DNA from: Longimicrobiales bacterium
Lineage (GTDB): Bacteria; Gemmatimonadota; Gemmatimonadetes; Longimicrobiales; Gaopeijiaceae
Assembly: GCA_965218295.1 (NCBI GenBank)
Contig: CBDCKN010000009.1
Coordinates: 384,001-448,000 of the forward strand
Direction: 5' to 3'
DNA: 64,000 nt
Below the pieces are notes generated by a model. The model did not search any database, was not told where the DNA came from, and saw only the letters and a program-made list of their open reading frames with translations. The position numbers and the translations under genes are program-made. Every line of letters starts with the position of its first letter. The first letter of the stretch is position 1. Shown here piece after piece: positions 29,507 to 43,169 of the stretch.

Positions 29507-31036
29507 ATGTGGCCTTGGATCCTGGGGATCGCCCTGCTCTTGGTAGTGCTTTACGACGTCACGCAGAAGCGTCATGCCATCCTCCGGAACTTCCCCATCA
29601 TCGGCCACTTTCGGTACCTCCTGGAGTCCATCGGCCCCGAGCTCAGGCAGTACATCGTCACGGGCAACGACGAAGAGCGCCCCTTCTCGCGGGACCAGCG
29701 GAGCTGGATCTACGCCTCCTCCAAGAAGGAGAACAACTACTTCGGATTTGGCACCGACAACGAGCTGGAGCGGACGTCTAACTATCTGATCATCAAGCAT
29801 CGGGTCATGGGCTCGGGCCCCAGCGCCGAGGGCAAGGCCTACGGGCAGTCCGGGGGCGACGAGAGCTGCCGGGTGCCCTGCGCAAAGGTACTGGGAGGGC
29901 CGAGGCGCCGCGCGGGAGCGTTTCGGCCCGACTCGGTGGTCAACGTCTCCGGCATGAGCTTCGGCTCCCTCTCGGGCGCGGCGGTGGCGGCCATGAACGA
30001 AGGTGCCAAGATCGCCGGCTGTCTACAGAACACGGGGGAGGGAGGGATCTCTCCGTACCATCAGCGGGGTGGCGAGCTCATCTGGCAGATCGGGACGGGG
30101 TACTTCGGCTGCAGGGACGGGCTTGGGTATTTCCACATGGAGCGGTTCCTGCAGGGTGTGGACGCGAATCCAGTCCGTGCCGTGGAGATCAAGCTCAGCC
30201 AGGGTGCCAAGCCGGGTCTCGGGGGATTGCTGCCCGGGGCCAAGGTCACCCCGGAGATCGCCCAGATCAGGGGCGTTCCCGTCGGCGAGGACGTCTACAG
30301 TCCCGCGACCCACTCCGCCTTCTCCAACGTCGATGACATGCTGGACTTCGTGGAGCGCCTGGCCGAGGCGAGTGGTCTCCCCGTGGGGATCAAGTCCGCC
30401 GTCGGCGACCATCGCTTCTTCGAGGAGCTCGCGAACCTCATGTCCCGGGGCGATCGCGGGGTGGACTTCATCACCATCGACGGCGGGGAGGGGGGCACGG
30501 GAGCCGCACCGCTCGCGTTCTCGGATCACGTGGCTCTGCCCTTCAAGATCGCCTTCAGCCGGGTCTACCGGATCCTGGCCGAGGCCGGAGTGCACGAGAA
30601 CGTGGTCCTCATGGGATCCGGAAAGCTGGGGTTCCCGGCTGTTGCAATGCTCGCCTTCGCCCTCGGGTGCGACACGATCAACGTGGCTCGGGAGGCCATG
30701 ATGGCCGTGGGCTGCATCCAGGCGCAGCGCTGCCACACGGACCACTGCCCCACCGGCGTAACGACGCACAACCGCTGGCTGATCCGGGGCCTGGACCCGA
30801 CGTCCAAGGCCGCTCGGCTGGCCAACTACGTGATCTGCCTGCGTAAAGAGATCCTGCAGCTGAGCCGGGCGTGTGGCGTGCCTCACCCGGGGCTGCTCTC
30901 GGGGGAGCACATCGAGATTCTGGACGGGCGCTTCGGGTCCTCCAACCTCTACGAGATGTTCGGCTACCGGCCCGAATGGGGCTTCCCGTCGGTCCGGGAC
31001 CAGGAGGAGATCCGGGCGGTGATGGCGAGAGGCTGA
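29507..31036 (+). CDS. FMN-binding glutamate synthase family protein
   Basis: SGMSFGSLS, NTGEGG, EIKLSQGAKPGLGG, IDGGEGGTGAAP, CIQAQRCHTDHCPTGV. Confidence 0.93.
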   Translation: MWPWILGIALLLVVLYDVTQKRHAILRNFPIIGHFRYLLESIGPELRQYIVTGNDEERPFSRDQRSWIYASSKKENNYFGFGTDNELERTSNYLIIKHRVMGSGPSAEGKAYGQSGGDESCRVPCAKVLGGPRRRAGAFRPDSVVNVSGMSFGSLSGAAVAAMNEGAKIAGCLQNTGEGGISPYHQRGGELIWQIGTGYFGCRDGLGYFHMERFLQGVDANPVRAVEIKLSQGAKPGLGGLLPGAKVTPEIAQIRGVPVGEDVYSPATHSAFSNVDDMLDFVERLAEASGLPVGIKSAVGDHRFFEELANLMSRGDRGVDFITIDGGEGGTGAAPLAFSDHVALPFKIAFSRVYRILAEAGVHENVVLMGSGKLGFPAVAMLAFALGCDTINVAREAMMAVGCIQAQRCHTDHCPTGVTTHNRWLIRGLDPTSKAARLANYVICLRKEILQLSRACGVPHPGLLSGEHIEILDGRFGSSNLYEMFGYRPEWGFPSVRDQEEIRAVMARG

Positions 31037-31129
31037 GGGAGCGAGCAGGTAGGCTCGCGATCTGTCATGGGTGGCGCCCGCCCCCTATTTTGTCCTCATC
31101 AACACAGGCGCTCGGTCCGGAGGAGTACC

Positions 31130-33966
<2,837 letters not shown>

Positions 33967-34004
33967 TCAATCCTCATCATGAGAAGGCGAAAAAGACTCT
34001 CGTA

Positions 34005-34955
34005 TCAGTTGGTCCTCGTCACCGAGGCGACGAAGAGCAGGGGGCCCGACGCCTCGGGCCGGGCCGGAATGGGCTGGTAGGTGAAACAGGAAAACCCGGC
34101 CTCCCGGCTCCAGCCCGCCAGCGTGGCCTCGTCGAAGCCGGGCCAGACTTGGCCCATGTCCTCGAGAAAAGCCTCCCGTGAGTGCAGCCTCATGTCTACC
34201 ATCAGCAGTCGGCCGCCGGGCGTGAGGGCTCGGCATGCCTCCTTCAGCACCGCCACGGGCTCCACGACGTAGTTGAGCACCAGGAGCAGGACCGCCAGGT
34301 CTACCTCCGCGTCGGCCAGGGGGAGATCCTCCAGCTCGCCCCGCCGCAGCTCCACGTTCGGGAAGCTGTCCAACCGGTACCGCGCGGCCTCGAGCATCTC
34401 CTGGGAGCCGTCCACGGCGATAACGCGCTCCACGAACGGTGCCACGCGCACGCTGAAGTGTCCCGTGCCGACGCCCAGATCGGCCACGGCCCAGCACGGG
34501 TCCAGAAAACCGAAGAGCGGAAGCAGCTCCGAGTCGGCGCCGAAGAGGTCGTCCCGGAGGGAATCCCATCGGTGGGCCGAAGACGCGAAGAACTCCTTGG
34601 AGCGCTCACGTCGCTCGGCGAGCACCGCCCGGGCTCTCTCCACGTCCTCCTCGGTGTAGCCGGCTGACACTACGTCGGGTCGGACCAGCTCCCACAGCTC
34701 GCGGGCGGCATCGTGCAGGTCCGGTGCCATACGGTAGTGTCGGCTCGTCCCGCTGGATCTGGACGTGACCCAGCCATCGTCGGCCAGGACCTTGAGGTGA
34801 CGGCTCACAGTCGACTGGGGAAGCTGGAATACCTTCACCAGCTCCGAGACGGTGAAGTCACCCTGCTCCAGCAGCACCAGGATGCGGCTACGCGCCAGAT
34901 CGCCCAGCGCGCTCATTCGGTCGAAGACCCGGGGTTCCGTCAGCACAGTATCCAT
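34005..34955 (-). CDS. sahR: ArsR-HTH + SAM-binding methyltransferase-fold regulator (SahR-like)
   Basis: LPQSTVSRHLKVL HTH, DLGVGTG; directly upstream of ahcY. Confidence 0.85.
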   Translation of the reverse strand: MDTVLTEPRVFDRMSALGDLARSRILVLLEQGDFTVSELVKVFQLPQSTVSRHLKVLADDGWVTSRSSGTSRHYRMAPDLHDAARELWELVRPDVVSAGYTEEDVERARAVLAERRERSKEFFASSAHRWDSLRDDLFGADSELLPLFGFLDPCWAVADLGVGTGHFSVRVAPFVERVIAVDGSQEMLEAARYRLDSFPNVELRRGELEDLPLADAEVDLAVLLLVLNYVVEPVAVLKEACRALTPGGRLLMVDMRLHSREAFLEDMGQVWPGFDEATLAGWSREAGFSCFTYQPIPARPEASGPLLFVASVTRTN

Positions 34956-34985
34956 AAATCCGGATATAATGATATAATAAGCTCC
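34950..34985 (-). promoter_or_regulatory. AT-rich promoter / putative SahR operator
   Basis: The minus strand reads TATTATATCATTATATCCGGATTTATG: an imperfect ATATCA..GGATTT dyad abutting the start codon in an otherwise GC-rich context. Confidence 0.45.
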
Positions 34986-35052
34986 CACGGGCCGCAAGGT
35001 GGATCCGGTGAGGGTGCTGGCTGAATGAGGGGACGGGCCGCGACCGCTCGCC

Positions 35053-36087
35053 TCAGAGGCTCGCGGTAACCGTCCCTTCCGGGGCGCGGCAGCGGAACGA
35101 GTTCAGGATGGTCTCGAGCTGCAGGATGTACTGGTATTTGTCTCTGCCCGGTGCGTAGAGCCAGGCATCGACCAGGTAGTCCCGGCCCTGGTGCGGGCAA
35201 GGAATGGTCCGGGTGATCATGGGTCCGCCCGCCGGGAAAAGGTCTTCGGGCGGGTTGGCCCAGACGGCCCGGACCTCGTCCATGATGACGTCACCCTGCT
35301 GGAGTCGGCGCGTCTGAGCCAGCGAGAGGTCCAGAACCTGGGGATATCCGAAGTGGCCGTCGGCCACCTCCTGGCGCCATGCCAGAAGCTCGTCTTCGCT
35401 GATTCCCTCGGGTGAATACGTCCGCCAGGTGACCGTGATCTGCCGGATGAGCTCGGACGGATCCGGATTGTCGTTACGGAACATGAACACCGAATCCTCT
35501 TGCCTCCGCTTATACAGCTGGGGCAGCACGATGCTGAACTGGGCCAGATCCCAGAGGGAGTCAGCGAGTGCCTCGTTCCGGCCCGACATGAACATCCGCC
35601 GCCTCACCCACTCGCGATACTGGCCGTCCAGCAGGTCGTGGAGGCGCTCCATGACCGGCTCGGCTCCCGCAGCGTCGCCGGACGTGAGCAGCAGGACGGT
35701 TACGGTCTGACCTCGGGCCCACACGTCCTCCACCTGGAATAGCTCCGGGGGATCGAACGAGGTGCGCCTCGTGAGAGCCAGCGCCTCGGTCATCCAGGGG
35801 TCGTCGGCCGCTCCGATGAGGAGGAGCTGCCGAAAGAGCTGCAGCCTCTCCCACTCGGGCCGGAAGGGGTCCTGATACGTGACTACGAAGGTCTTCTCTG
35901 GGCGCACGGTCACGATCCGCGCCTCGAGGGTCGACTCCACCAGGTCCGAGACGGCTGCCCACTGCTCCTCCGACGTGCCGACAATGATGCTGTTGAACTC
36001 CCCCCACGACCTGGGTCGCTCGCACGCGGAGAGGGAGAGGAGGAAGGCGAGGGCGGCGAGGGAGAGCAGAGTCGAGATTTTGCGCAT
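35053..36087 (-). CDS. DUF4837-like lipoprotein
   Basis: Lipobox LSAC, DVWARGQ.V, AGGP.ITR, DAWLYAPGRDK. Confidence 0.7.
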   Translation of the reverse strand: MRKISTLLSLAALAFLLSLSACERPRSWGEFNSIIVGTSEEQWAAVSDLVESTLEARIVTVRPEKTFVVTYQDPFRPEWERLQLFRQLLLIGAADDPWMTEALALTRRTSFDPPELFQVEDVWARGQTVTVLLLTSGDAAGAEPVMERLHDLLDGQYREWVRRRMFMSGRNEALADSLWDLAQFSIVLPQLYKRRQEDSVFMFRNDNPDPSELIRQITVTWRTYSPEGISEDELLAWRQEVADGHFGYPQVLDLSLAQTRRLQQGDVIMDEVRAVWANPPEDLFPAGGPMITRTIPCPHQGRDYLVDAWLYAPGRDKYQYILQLETILNSFRCRAPEGTVTASL

Positions 36088-36396
36088 GGTCCGCGATCGG
36101 ATGAGGGAAAGCAGGCACTTCTCAGAGTACCGTGCCCGCCTCCCCTCCGTTCCCGTGGCCATTCGCTCCTCGTGGGACGCTGTGCTGACTGTGCCGCGTG
36201 GGCGCTCGTACGCACCCTCCTCGTTCGTGTGTGGCGCTTCTGGTAAGTGCCCTGTTCGTTCCTCAGTCTACCGCCGCTGTGATCAGTCGCGTCGCGAGGG
36301 CGAGCACTCGGGCCACGATCCCGGCTGGCCCGTATCGGGGTTGATGCCCGCTGGCGATCCGGTCGGGGGAAACAACCGGAATTGAAGCCACCGGAA

Positions 36397-36556
36397 CTAG
36401 TGTCCCGTTACCAAAGTTCTCGGCCAGTCGAGGGCACGGTGCATCCGTGGGCTCGGCGTTGGGACTCCTTGCCGTAGCTAGCGCTACGCCGCGTCGTCCC
36501 GCCTTGATCCCACGGTGCCCCGGCCCTCTTGGTGGCTCGCGAACTTCGGAAACGGA
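36397..36556. repeat. ~160-bp palindromic MITE/REP-like element
   Basis: Starts CTAGTGTCCCGT. Arms pair (aagttc/gaactt, gagggc/gccctc, ccgtggg/cccacgg, gggac/gtccc) around a central cgtagc-tagc-gctacg. Confidence 0.8.
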
Positions 36557-36565
36557 GGCCGGGCC

Positions 36566-39232
36566 CTACTCGCTCCTCAACGACGTCATAGGGTCGATAC
36601 GGCTGGCGCGCCGGGCCGGGAGGGCCGAGGCCAAGAGGGCCACTGCGCCGAGCAGGACCGTGACAGCCGCGTAGGCCTTGAGGTCGAAGGGCTCCACGCC
36701 GAACAACAGGCTGGCGAACAGGCGGGTCGAGGCCGCTGCACCCAGCGGCCCGATGACGAGTCCGAGCACGGTCATCAACATGCCCTGGGAGACGATGAGG
36801 CTCAGAACGTCTCGCCGGGTGGCGCCCAGAGCCATGCGGATGCCTACTTCTTGGCGCCGCTGGGTCACGGCGTAGCTTAGCACCCCGTGGACGCCGAGGA
36901 GCGCCAGGAAGAGGGCGATGGCGGAGAAGACCGCCAGCACCACTCCGGCGAAGCGCTCCCTGGCCGTGGCGTCGCGAAGTGTCTCATCCATGGTCGACAC
37001 GTTGAAGACCGCCAGGTCCCGATCCAGCGACCAGATAGTTTCTCTCACCGACGCGGCCATGACGCCGGGATCCCCGGTGGTCTCGACCATCAAAGTGGTC
37101 GAGGTGATGCGGGGTGGGGCCTGATACATATTGGCGTACATGGCCGGGGGCGCTTCGGTGTCCAGGCCGTGGATCCGCTCGTTCTCGACGATGCCGATGA
37201 TCTCTCTCGGGATGGGTCCCCAGAAACTGAGGGTCGATCCCAGGGCGTCGCCGTCGGGGAAGTAGCGCTCCGCTGCAGCACGGTTGATGACCACGACGAG
37301 AGGCATGTCCGTGTCGTCGGTGGCGTCCATCTGTCGGCCGGCCACAAGCTGCAAGCCTACGGTCTTGAAGTAGCCGGGAGTCACGATGCGGGTGGTCATC
37401 TCCCCTTGGCTCGGGTCCACCGGCTGGCTGTTGATGGAGAAGCTGTTTGTGAAGCCTGCGTCCAGGGGATGATTCGTGGTCACGGCCGCCGACTCCGCAC
37501 CCGGAAGGGCCTCGACCAAGTCGATGAGCTGGTGATTGAAGCCGTTCACCTCGACCCAGTTGGGCCAGACCGAGAAATCCCTTGGATAACGGGACCCTGG
37601 GAGCACGAAGTCCATTCGCAGCGCGTTTGCGGGCCGGAACCCGGGGTCCACGCTCTGGAGGTTCACTAGGGTCGTGATGAATAGGCCGGCCGACACGAGC
37701 AGGATCACGGCCATGGCGATCTGACCCGACACGAGGAACCGGCGCACGGGCATCTTGGATCCCGCCCCCCCCCCTCCCTGCGATCGGCCTTCCTTGAGCT
37801 GATCCTGGAGGTTCAGTCGAGACGCCTGCACCGTGGGCAGAAGACCGAAAACCAAGCCGATGGCGGTGCTCACGAGAAGCGCGAACGCCAGGGCGGTCCG
37901 GTCCACGTTGACGTCGCCCAGGGTGAGGAGCTCGGCTGGGGCCAGTGCGAGGAGCGCTCTGGTTCCGAGGACGGCCAGGGCGATTCCACCCGCGGCGGCG
38001 ATAGCGGCCAGGGAGAGGCTCTCGACCAGGAATCGCCGGGCGAGGCGGAGCCGGTCGGCGCCGAGCGCCACGTATACGGCCGTCTCCCGTGCGCGGGCCG
38101 CGCCGCGGGCCAGCAGCAGGTTGGCCACGTTTGCGCACGCGATAAGAAAGCACGGTGAAGACGGCGGCGAAGAGCACCCACGGGGTCAGGCGAACGTCGC
38201 CACGTAAGTACTCGGAGATGGGCTCTACGAAGGCCTCCCGGTTCCGGTTGGCCGGGTATTCACTCTCGAGCTCCTGGGCGATCCTGGTCATCTCGCCCTG
38301 GGCTTGCGGCACCGAGACCCCGGGCGCCAAGCGGCCCATGACCCGAACCCAGTGCGGATTCCGGGCTGCCGTGGCGATCGACTGCTGGATGGGTGCCCAG
38401 ATGTCCGTATCCTTGGTCGGGAAGTCTAATCCGGCCGGAAGCACGCCGATGATGGTTGCCGGTCGGTCGTCGATGGAGACCGTGCTTCCCAGCACACCGG
38501 GGTCCGCCTCGAAGGATGTCCTCCAGAGCCGGTCGCTCAGCACGATGACCGTAGGGCCGCCCTGGCACGTCTTCCGCCTCGGAGATCCCTCTCCCCAGCT
38601 GGAGGCTGACGCCCAGCACGTCGTCCAGGTTGTGGGGTTACGACGGCAGAGTTGAGCCAGTGTGGCTCGTCGTCCCCACGGGTGAGATTGCCCGCCCCCT
38701 GCCCGACCATGGCCAGGGACTCGAACGAGCGGCTCCGCTCCACGAAGTCGAAGTAGTCGGCCGTGGAGGCATTCTCGCGGATCGTGCCGGTGGCGCGATC
38801 ATTCTGCCAGACGACGGTGAGGTCGTCGGCGTCGTGATAGGGGAGAGGCGCAAGGAGGACGCCGTTCACGATGGAGAAGATGGCCGTCGTGGCCCCGATC
38901 CCCAGGGCGAGAGTCACGGCCACCACCGTGCTGAAGCCCCAGTTCTTCACGAGGGTCCGGAATGCGAGCCGTGCGTCCTGTCCCAAGGAGTCCATCATCG
39001 TCGTCCACCCCCGTGGTTCCACCCGTTGCCGTGAGTACTTCCTGCAGGCTGCCTCTACCGTCGTGTAGTCACCGAAGCGCCGCATCACCTCTCTTCTGGC
39101 TCGGTCTTCCGACCAGCCGTCCCGCACCAGCTCCCCCACCTTCTCCTCGATGTGGAAGCGCAGCTCTTCTTCCACGTCTTCTGCGATGACGCGCTCAGGA
39201 GAGAGCATGCCCTTCAGTTGTCGCCAGACCAT
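36566..39232 (-). CDS. ADOP-type duplicated ABC permease (MacB/FtsX), with three +1 homopolymer frameshifts at about 38635, 38565 and 38145
   Basis: EEELRFHIE prefix domain, TLALGIGATTAIFS, ACANVANLLLARG, EVGIRMALGA, IDPM.SLRSE. Confidence 0.88.
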
Positions 39233-39265
39233 GCTCGGCCCCCCTTCGTCCGCCCCTAGAGCCGG

Positions 39266-39613
39266 TTACTCGGTCCACGCGGGGCCGAGCCTCAGAACCG
39301 AGGCCACGGCGTTGGCATGGCTCATCCACCTCTCTACTTCCCGCTCGAGGTGGCTGCGGCCCTTCTTGGTGAGCTCGTAGAACTTGGCTCGGCGCCGGGT
39401 CTCCGAGATGCCCCAGCTGCCCTGCACGAGCTCGTCTCGCTCGAGGCGGTGGAGGGCGGGGTAGAGCGCTCCCTCCTCAACCTTGAGCGCGTCCTCCGTG
39501 TCGGCGTGGATCTGGCGGCTGATAGCCAGGCCGTGGAGGGGGCCCTCGGCCAACGTCCGGAGGACCAGCAGGTTCAGCGTTCCGTAGAGGGTATCCGATT
39601 CGATGTTGCCTAC
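39266..39613 (-). CDS. PadR family regulator (acidobacterial type)
   Basis: LYGTLNLLVLRTL.EGPLHG, EEGALYPALHRLE, RRAKFYELT. No canonical start is seen; a GTA codon follows GGGAG. Confidence 0.88.
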   Translation of the reverse strand, partial: VGNIESDTLYGTLNLLVLRTLAEGPLHGLAISRQIHADTEDALKVEEGALYPALHRLERDELVQGSWGISETRRRAKFYELTKKGRSHLEREVERWMSHANAVASVLRLGPAWTE

Positions 39614-39669
39614 CGTAGCACTCCCGTTTGGCGGTGTCGCGATCGCTCTCCTCAGCGGCTTAGGGCAAG

Positions 39670-40302
39670 CTAGGAGTCTTCTCCGAAGCTGTCAAGGACC
39701 GGCGTCTCTTCCTGCTCCGCCCCCGGAGAGAACGAAACAAAGCGGATGCCGGCCCCGAAAAGAGCCCCTGCCAGACCCTCGGACTCCTCGTCGACCGCAA
39801 GAACCGTCTCGGCCTCCCACTCGAGCCCCTCCTCGGAGACGGTCATCGGTAGTCCTGGCAGCCGGCTCCAGATGTCGGTGAAGGCCGCTTTGATCTCCTC
39901 ATCCGCCTGCTCCTGAATGGGATGATCCGCGCCGTACCCGTAAAGGGTTCCGAGGCGCTTCTCCATGAGGAGAAGGTTGTTGACCACGTCATCCTCCGCG
40001 GACCACCCGAACCTATCCCAGTCGATCCGTCCACCAGCGCTGAAGACCACCCCCTCATCTTTCAGGAGAGCGCGTTGGACCTGGGCGATATGGTGGATAG
40101 AAGACGTCGAGATCCTCCCGGTGCTGCTCACGACCCGCCACCACGGGACGTCCTGGTCGTCGGGGAGAGCCGACAGCGCTCCGCCCACGGCCCTGGGAGC
40201 CCGGGGTCGACCGGCCATGGCCGCGACGTCGCCATACGAGAGAATGCGGCCTGGGGGGATGGCCGCCACGACCGCGTAAACGCGTCGCGTGAAGCGTGTC
40301 AT
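39670..40302 (-). CDS. alkyltransferase-like (ATL/MGMT family) protein with C-terminal extension
   Basis: IPPGRILSYGDVA, RAVG, PWWRVV (Trp in place of the catalytic Cys), Q..LL..EGV. Confidence 0.85.
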   Translation of the reverse strand: MTRFTRRVYAVVAAIPPGRILSYGDVAAMAGRPRAPRAVGGALSALPDDQDVPWWRVVSSTGRISTSSIHHIAQVQRALLKDEGVVFSAGGRIDWDRFGWSAEDDVVNNLLLMEKRLGTLYGYGADHPIQEQADEEIKAAFTDIWSRLPGLPMTVSEEGLEWEAETVLAVDEESEGLAGALFGAGIRFVSFSPGAEQEETPVLDSFGEDS

Positions 40303-40481
40303 GCGTCGTGACTCGATGGTGGTTGGGGTGATGGCCGCGCTCCCGTGTGTCCGCTAAAGTGTGATGGCTGCACTCTCGTGGGCTCCGATGTAAGTTGACC
40401 GACACGAGAGGGTGAGCCGAGTTCACGCGCAAGCCCCCTGCACACGTCCATTCGTCGACCGTTCACCAATAACCGTTCTTC

Positions 40482-40787
40482 GTGAGAATCATCGGTCTCT
40501 CCCTGACGCTGCTCCTGCTCTTCGGGATCGCCTATCTTGTCGTGGTGGTGGCCGCCGTGCGTCAGTTCTGGCTCGCCGCTCTTGTCATCTTCTCCGGCCG
40601 TGCCGCCCTGACTTACTGGGGCGCCCGGGTGGGGCTCGCCCGCGCGGGAGCGTCGGCCGACATCCGTCACAAGACGTGGCAGGGCCTCCTCTCCCAGCGC
40701 GCAGTGACGCTGGGACTCGTGCTCCTGGGCATGGGCTTGCCCTCCGCTCTTCATGAGGAGTCACCGGTAGCGGTGGTGGCGAGCTAG
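40482..40787 (+). CDS. hypothetical small membrane protein
   Basis: Three hydrophobic segments; the stop abuts the next ATG. Confidence 0.5.
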   Translation: MRIIGLSLTLLLLFGIAYLVVVVAAVRQFWLAALVIFSGRAALTYWGARVGLARAGASADIRHKTWQGLLSQRAVTLGLVLLGMGLPSALHEESPVAVVAS

Positions 40788-41748
40788 ATGCCTCACGTTC
40801 ACGGATCCTCGTACCGTCACGCCTTCGGCGCCCACAGGCACGACGTCGAAAACGGCGGTCTGGATCGGCGCTCTCAAGCGAGCCGGCTGTGGATCGTGCT
40901 CCTCATCACCGGCGCGTTCATGGTGGCAGAGGTGGTCGGCGGAGCGCTGGCCAACTCCCTGGCCCTCCTGGCCGACGCCGGCCACATGCTCACAGACGTG
41001 CTGGCGCTGGCCCTGTCGCTCATGGCCATGCGTTTTGGCGATGCGTCCGCCGAGCCAGGAGCGCACGTTCGGCTACGTTCGCCTGGAGATTCTGGCGGCC
41101 TTGGTCAACGGAGCGGTCCTTTTGGGGGTCAGCGTGTGGATCGCCTGGGAGGCTTGGGGGCGACTGCGGGCGCCTCAAGACGTGGACGGGCCCTTGATGA
41201 TGGCCGTAGCCGTCCTCGGCCTCATCGTGAACCTGGTGGGCGCCGGCCTCCTGAAGGAGCACGCCAGCGACAACCTCAACGTTCGGGGAGCGTATCTGCA
41301 CGTCCTCGGTGACCTTCTCGGCTCCGTGGGAGCCATCGGAGCCGGCGCCATCATCCTGCTCACCGGATGGACTCCGGCGGATCCTCTGGTCTCCGTGATC
41401 ATCGCAGGGCTGATCCTCCTGGGGGCCTGGCGCCTCGTCCGGGAGGCCACCGAGATCCTCCTGGAGATGGCGCCCCGGCACGTGGACATGACGGCGGTCC
41501 TCAAGGACTTGGAGGCCATCCCGCACCTGGACCACGTGCATGACCTGCACGTCTGGACCCTCACGAGCGGGTTCGTGGCGCTGAGCGGGCACGCCGTCCT
41601 CAAGGACCCCGCTCACCACCAGGGAGTGCTGGACGAGATCCGGGAGCGGATGGGGGAGCGCGGCATCGAGCACGTGACCTTCCAGCTCGAGCCGCGCCGC
41701 CTCCACCAGATCACTCCGGTGAACCGTGAGGGCGAAGTGAGCGGGTAG
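40788..41748 (+). CDS. CDF family metal efflux transporter (CzcD/ZitB-like), frameshift at about 41036
   Basis: SLALLADAGHMLTD, TFGY.RLEILAA, NVRGAYLHVLGDLLGS, HDLHVW, H.T.Q.E. Confidence 0.9.
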
Positions 41749-42002
41749 GGTGCGGATGAGCGGTCCGCGTCGGTGCCTTCGAAGAGGGCCGTAGGGCGGT
41801 TGGGTGACGGGCCTGAGCGATGCACCGTAATGTTGCGGAGCACGCCGAGGCCGGTATGATGAGGGCCTTCACGGTTCATTGGACCCCCCCAGCGTGAGGG
41901 CGCTTCGAAGGAGCGGTACCATGAGACGCATGCTTTTCCTCCTCGCAGGCCTCGCCGTGGCTCTCCCGATGTCGGTGGCTGAGGGCGGGTAGAAATCAAC
42001 TG

Positions 42003-42525
42003 ATGCGAGACGATACCCTCCTCCCAGTGGGTCGGCCCGGCCTACCGCGGGCGCTATGGCGCTCCCTCGCCCTCATCGCCGTTTCGGCCTCGCTTCTGGG
42101 AGTGGCGTCGGGCGTCGATGCCCAGAACGACGAGGAGCGTGCGGTGATCGAGGCCGTCCCAGGCCATGTTCGACGCCATGGAGGCCCTCGATCCTGGAGC
42201 TTTCCGGGACTCGATGATCCCGGAGGGCTTGCTCACGGCCGTCGGATTCGAGACCACACAGCGGACCACCCGGGAGCAGTTCGCGACTCGCCTGGCGGAT
42301 GTGACGAGCCCCATGTACGAGCGCATGTGGGATCCCGAGGTCCGGGCCGGTGGCGACGCTGTGGGCGCCCTACGACTTCTACCGTGGCCTGGAGTTCAGC
42401 CACTGTGGAACCGACGCCTTCCAGCTCGCCAAGACCCCGGAGGGCTGGAAGGTCGTCTTGGTCAGCTACACGGTGCGGATGCCGCCGGACTGCAGCACCC
42501 ACCCCGACGGGCCCCCGGGAGGTGA
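42003..42525 (+). pseudogene. secreted NTF2-like protein with two frame disruptions (about 42160 and 42345)
   Basis: Signal peptide, then ERAVIEAV-QAMFDAM, YERMWDPEVR, ATLWAPYDFY..G.EFSHCGTDAFQL...GWKV in successive frames. Confidence 0.7.
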
Positions 42526-43031
42526 GTAGGGAAGTGCGCGGCTCCGACCGACTGAGGGATCCAGCGACGGGCCTCTCCACCGAGCGGCACTTCGAGATCC
42601 TCTTCGACTTCGTTTTTCCCATCGCACACCGTGGTGTGAATATGACGTTGGTTCTGTTCGGGATCGACGAGGGTTCTTGGGCCGAGGAACAGCCCGACCC
42701 GAAGCAGCAGATAACCGAGCTTGGATCGGCCATCCGCCAGGTCACGAGATCGAGCGATCTGGCCGCTCGCTATGGGGAGGATCTGTTCATCTGTCTTCTG
42801 CCCCTGTGCAACGTCCAGGGCGGCTTGATCTTCGCCGACCGTATCCGCGATGCCATCTCCGACTACACCAGCAAGACCGGAACCACCGTGAGTGCGGCAG
42901 TGGCGAGCTATCGCGGAGACGACGAGGGCACGAAGGAGGACATGCTCCGGGCACTCAAGGGCGCCCTGGTCACCGCCTGGGCTCAGGGCGGAGATCGGGT
43001 GGAAGTACCCAAGGACGCTTGGAACCACTGA
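42522..43031 (+). CDS. stand-alone degenerate GGDEF-domain protein
   Basis: DPATGL, RSSDLAARYGEDLF, TVSAAVA; the GTG start overlaps the upstream TGA. Confidence 0.75.
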   Translation: MSREVRGSDRLRDPATGLSTERHFEILFDFVFPIAHRGVNMTLVLFGIDEGSWAEEQPDPKQQITELGSAIRQVTRSSDLAARYGEDLFICLLPLCNVQGGLIFADRIRDAISDYTSKTGTTVSAAVASYRGDDEGTKEDMLRALKGALVTAWAQGGDRVEVPKDAWNH

Positions 43032-43169
43032 GGGTCCCTCGACCCCGCGGGACTAGCGCCCCTACCTCGGCTCCGGCACTTTGGACGGCGCCACAGGATC
43101 AAATGAACTATCCCAATAGTAGAAGCCGGTTCTTCACTTGAGGTTCATGTATCGACGGAGGTAGAAACG

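Noticed and set aside
42003..43031. 342-aa signal-peptide-GGDEF fusion ORF
   Set aside because: It arises from frameshifts in the upstream NTF2-like gene; the middle part is out-of-frame sequence.
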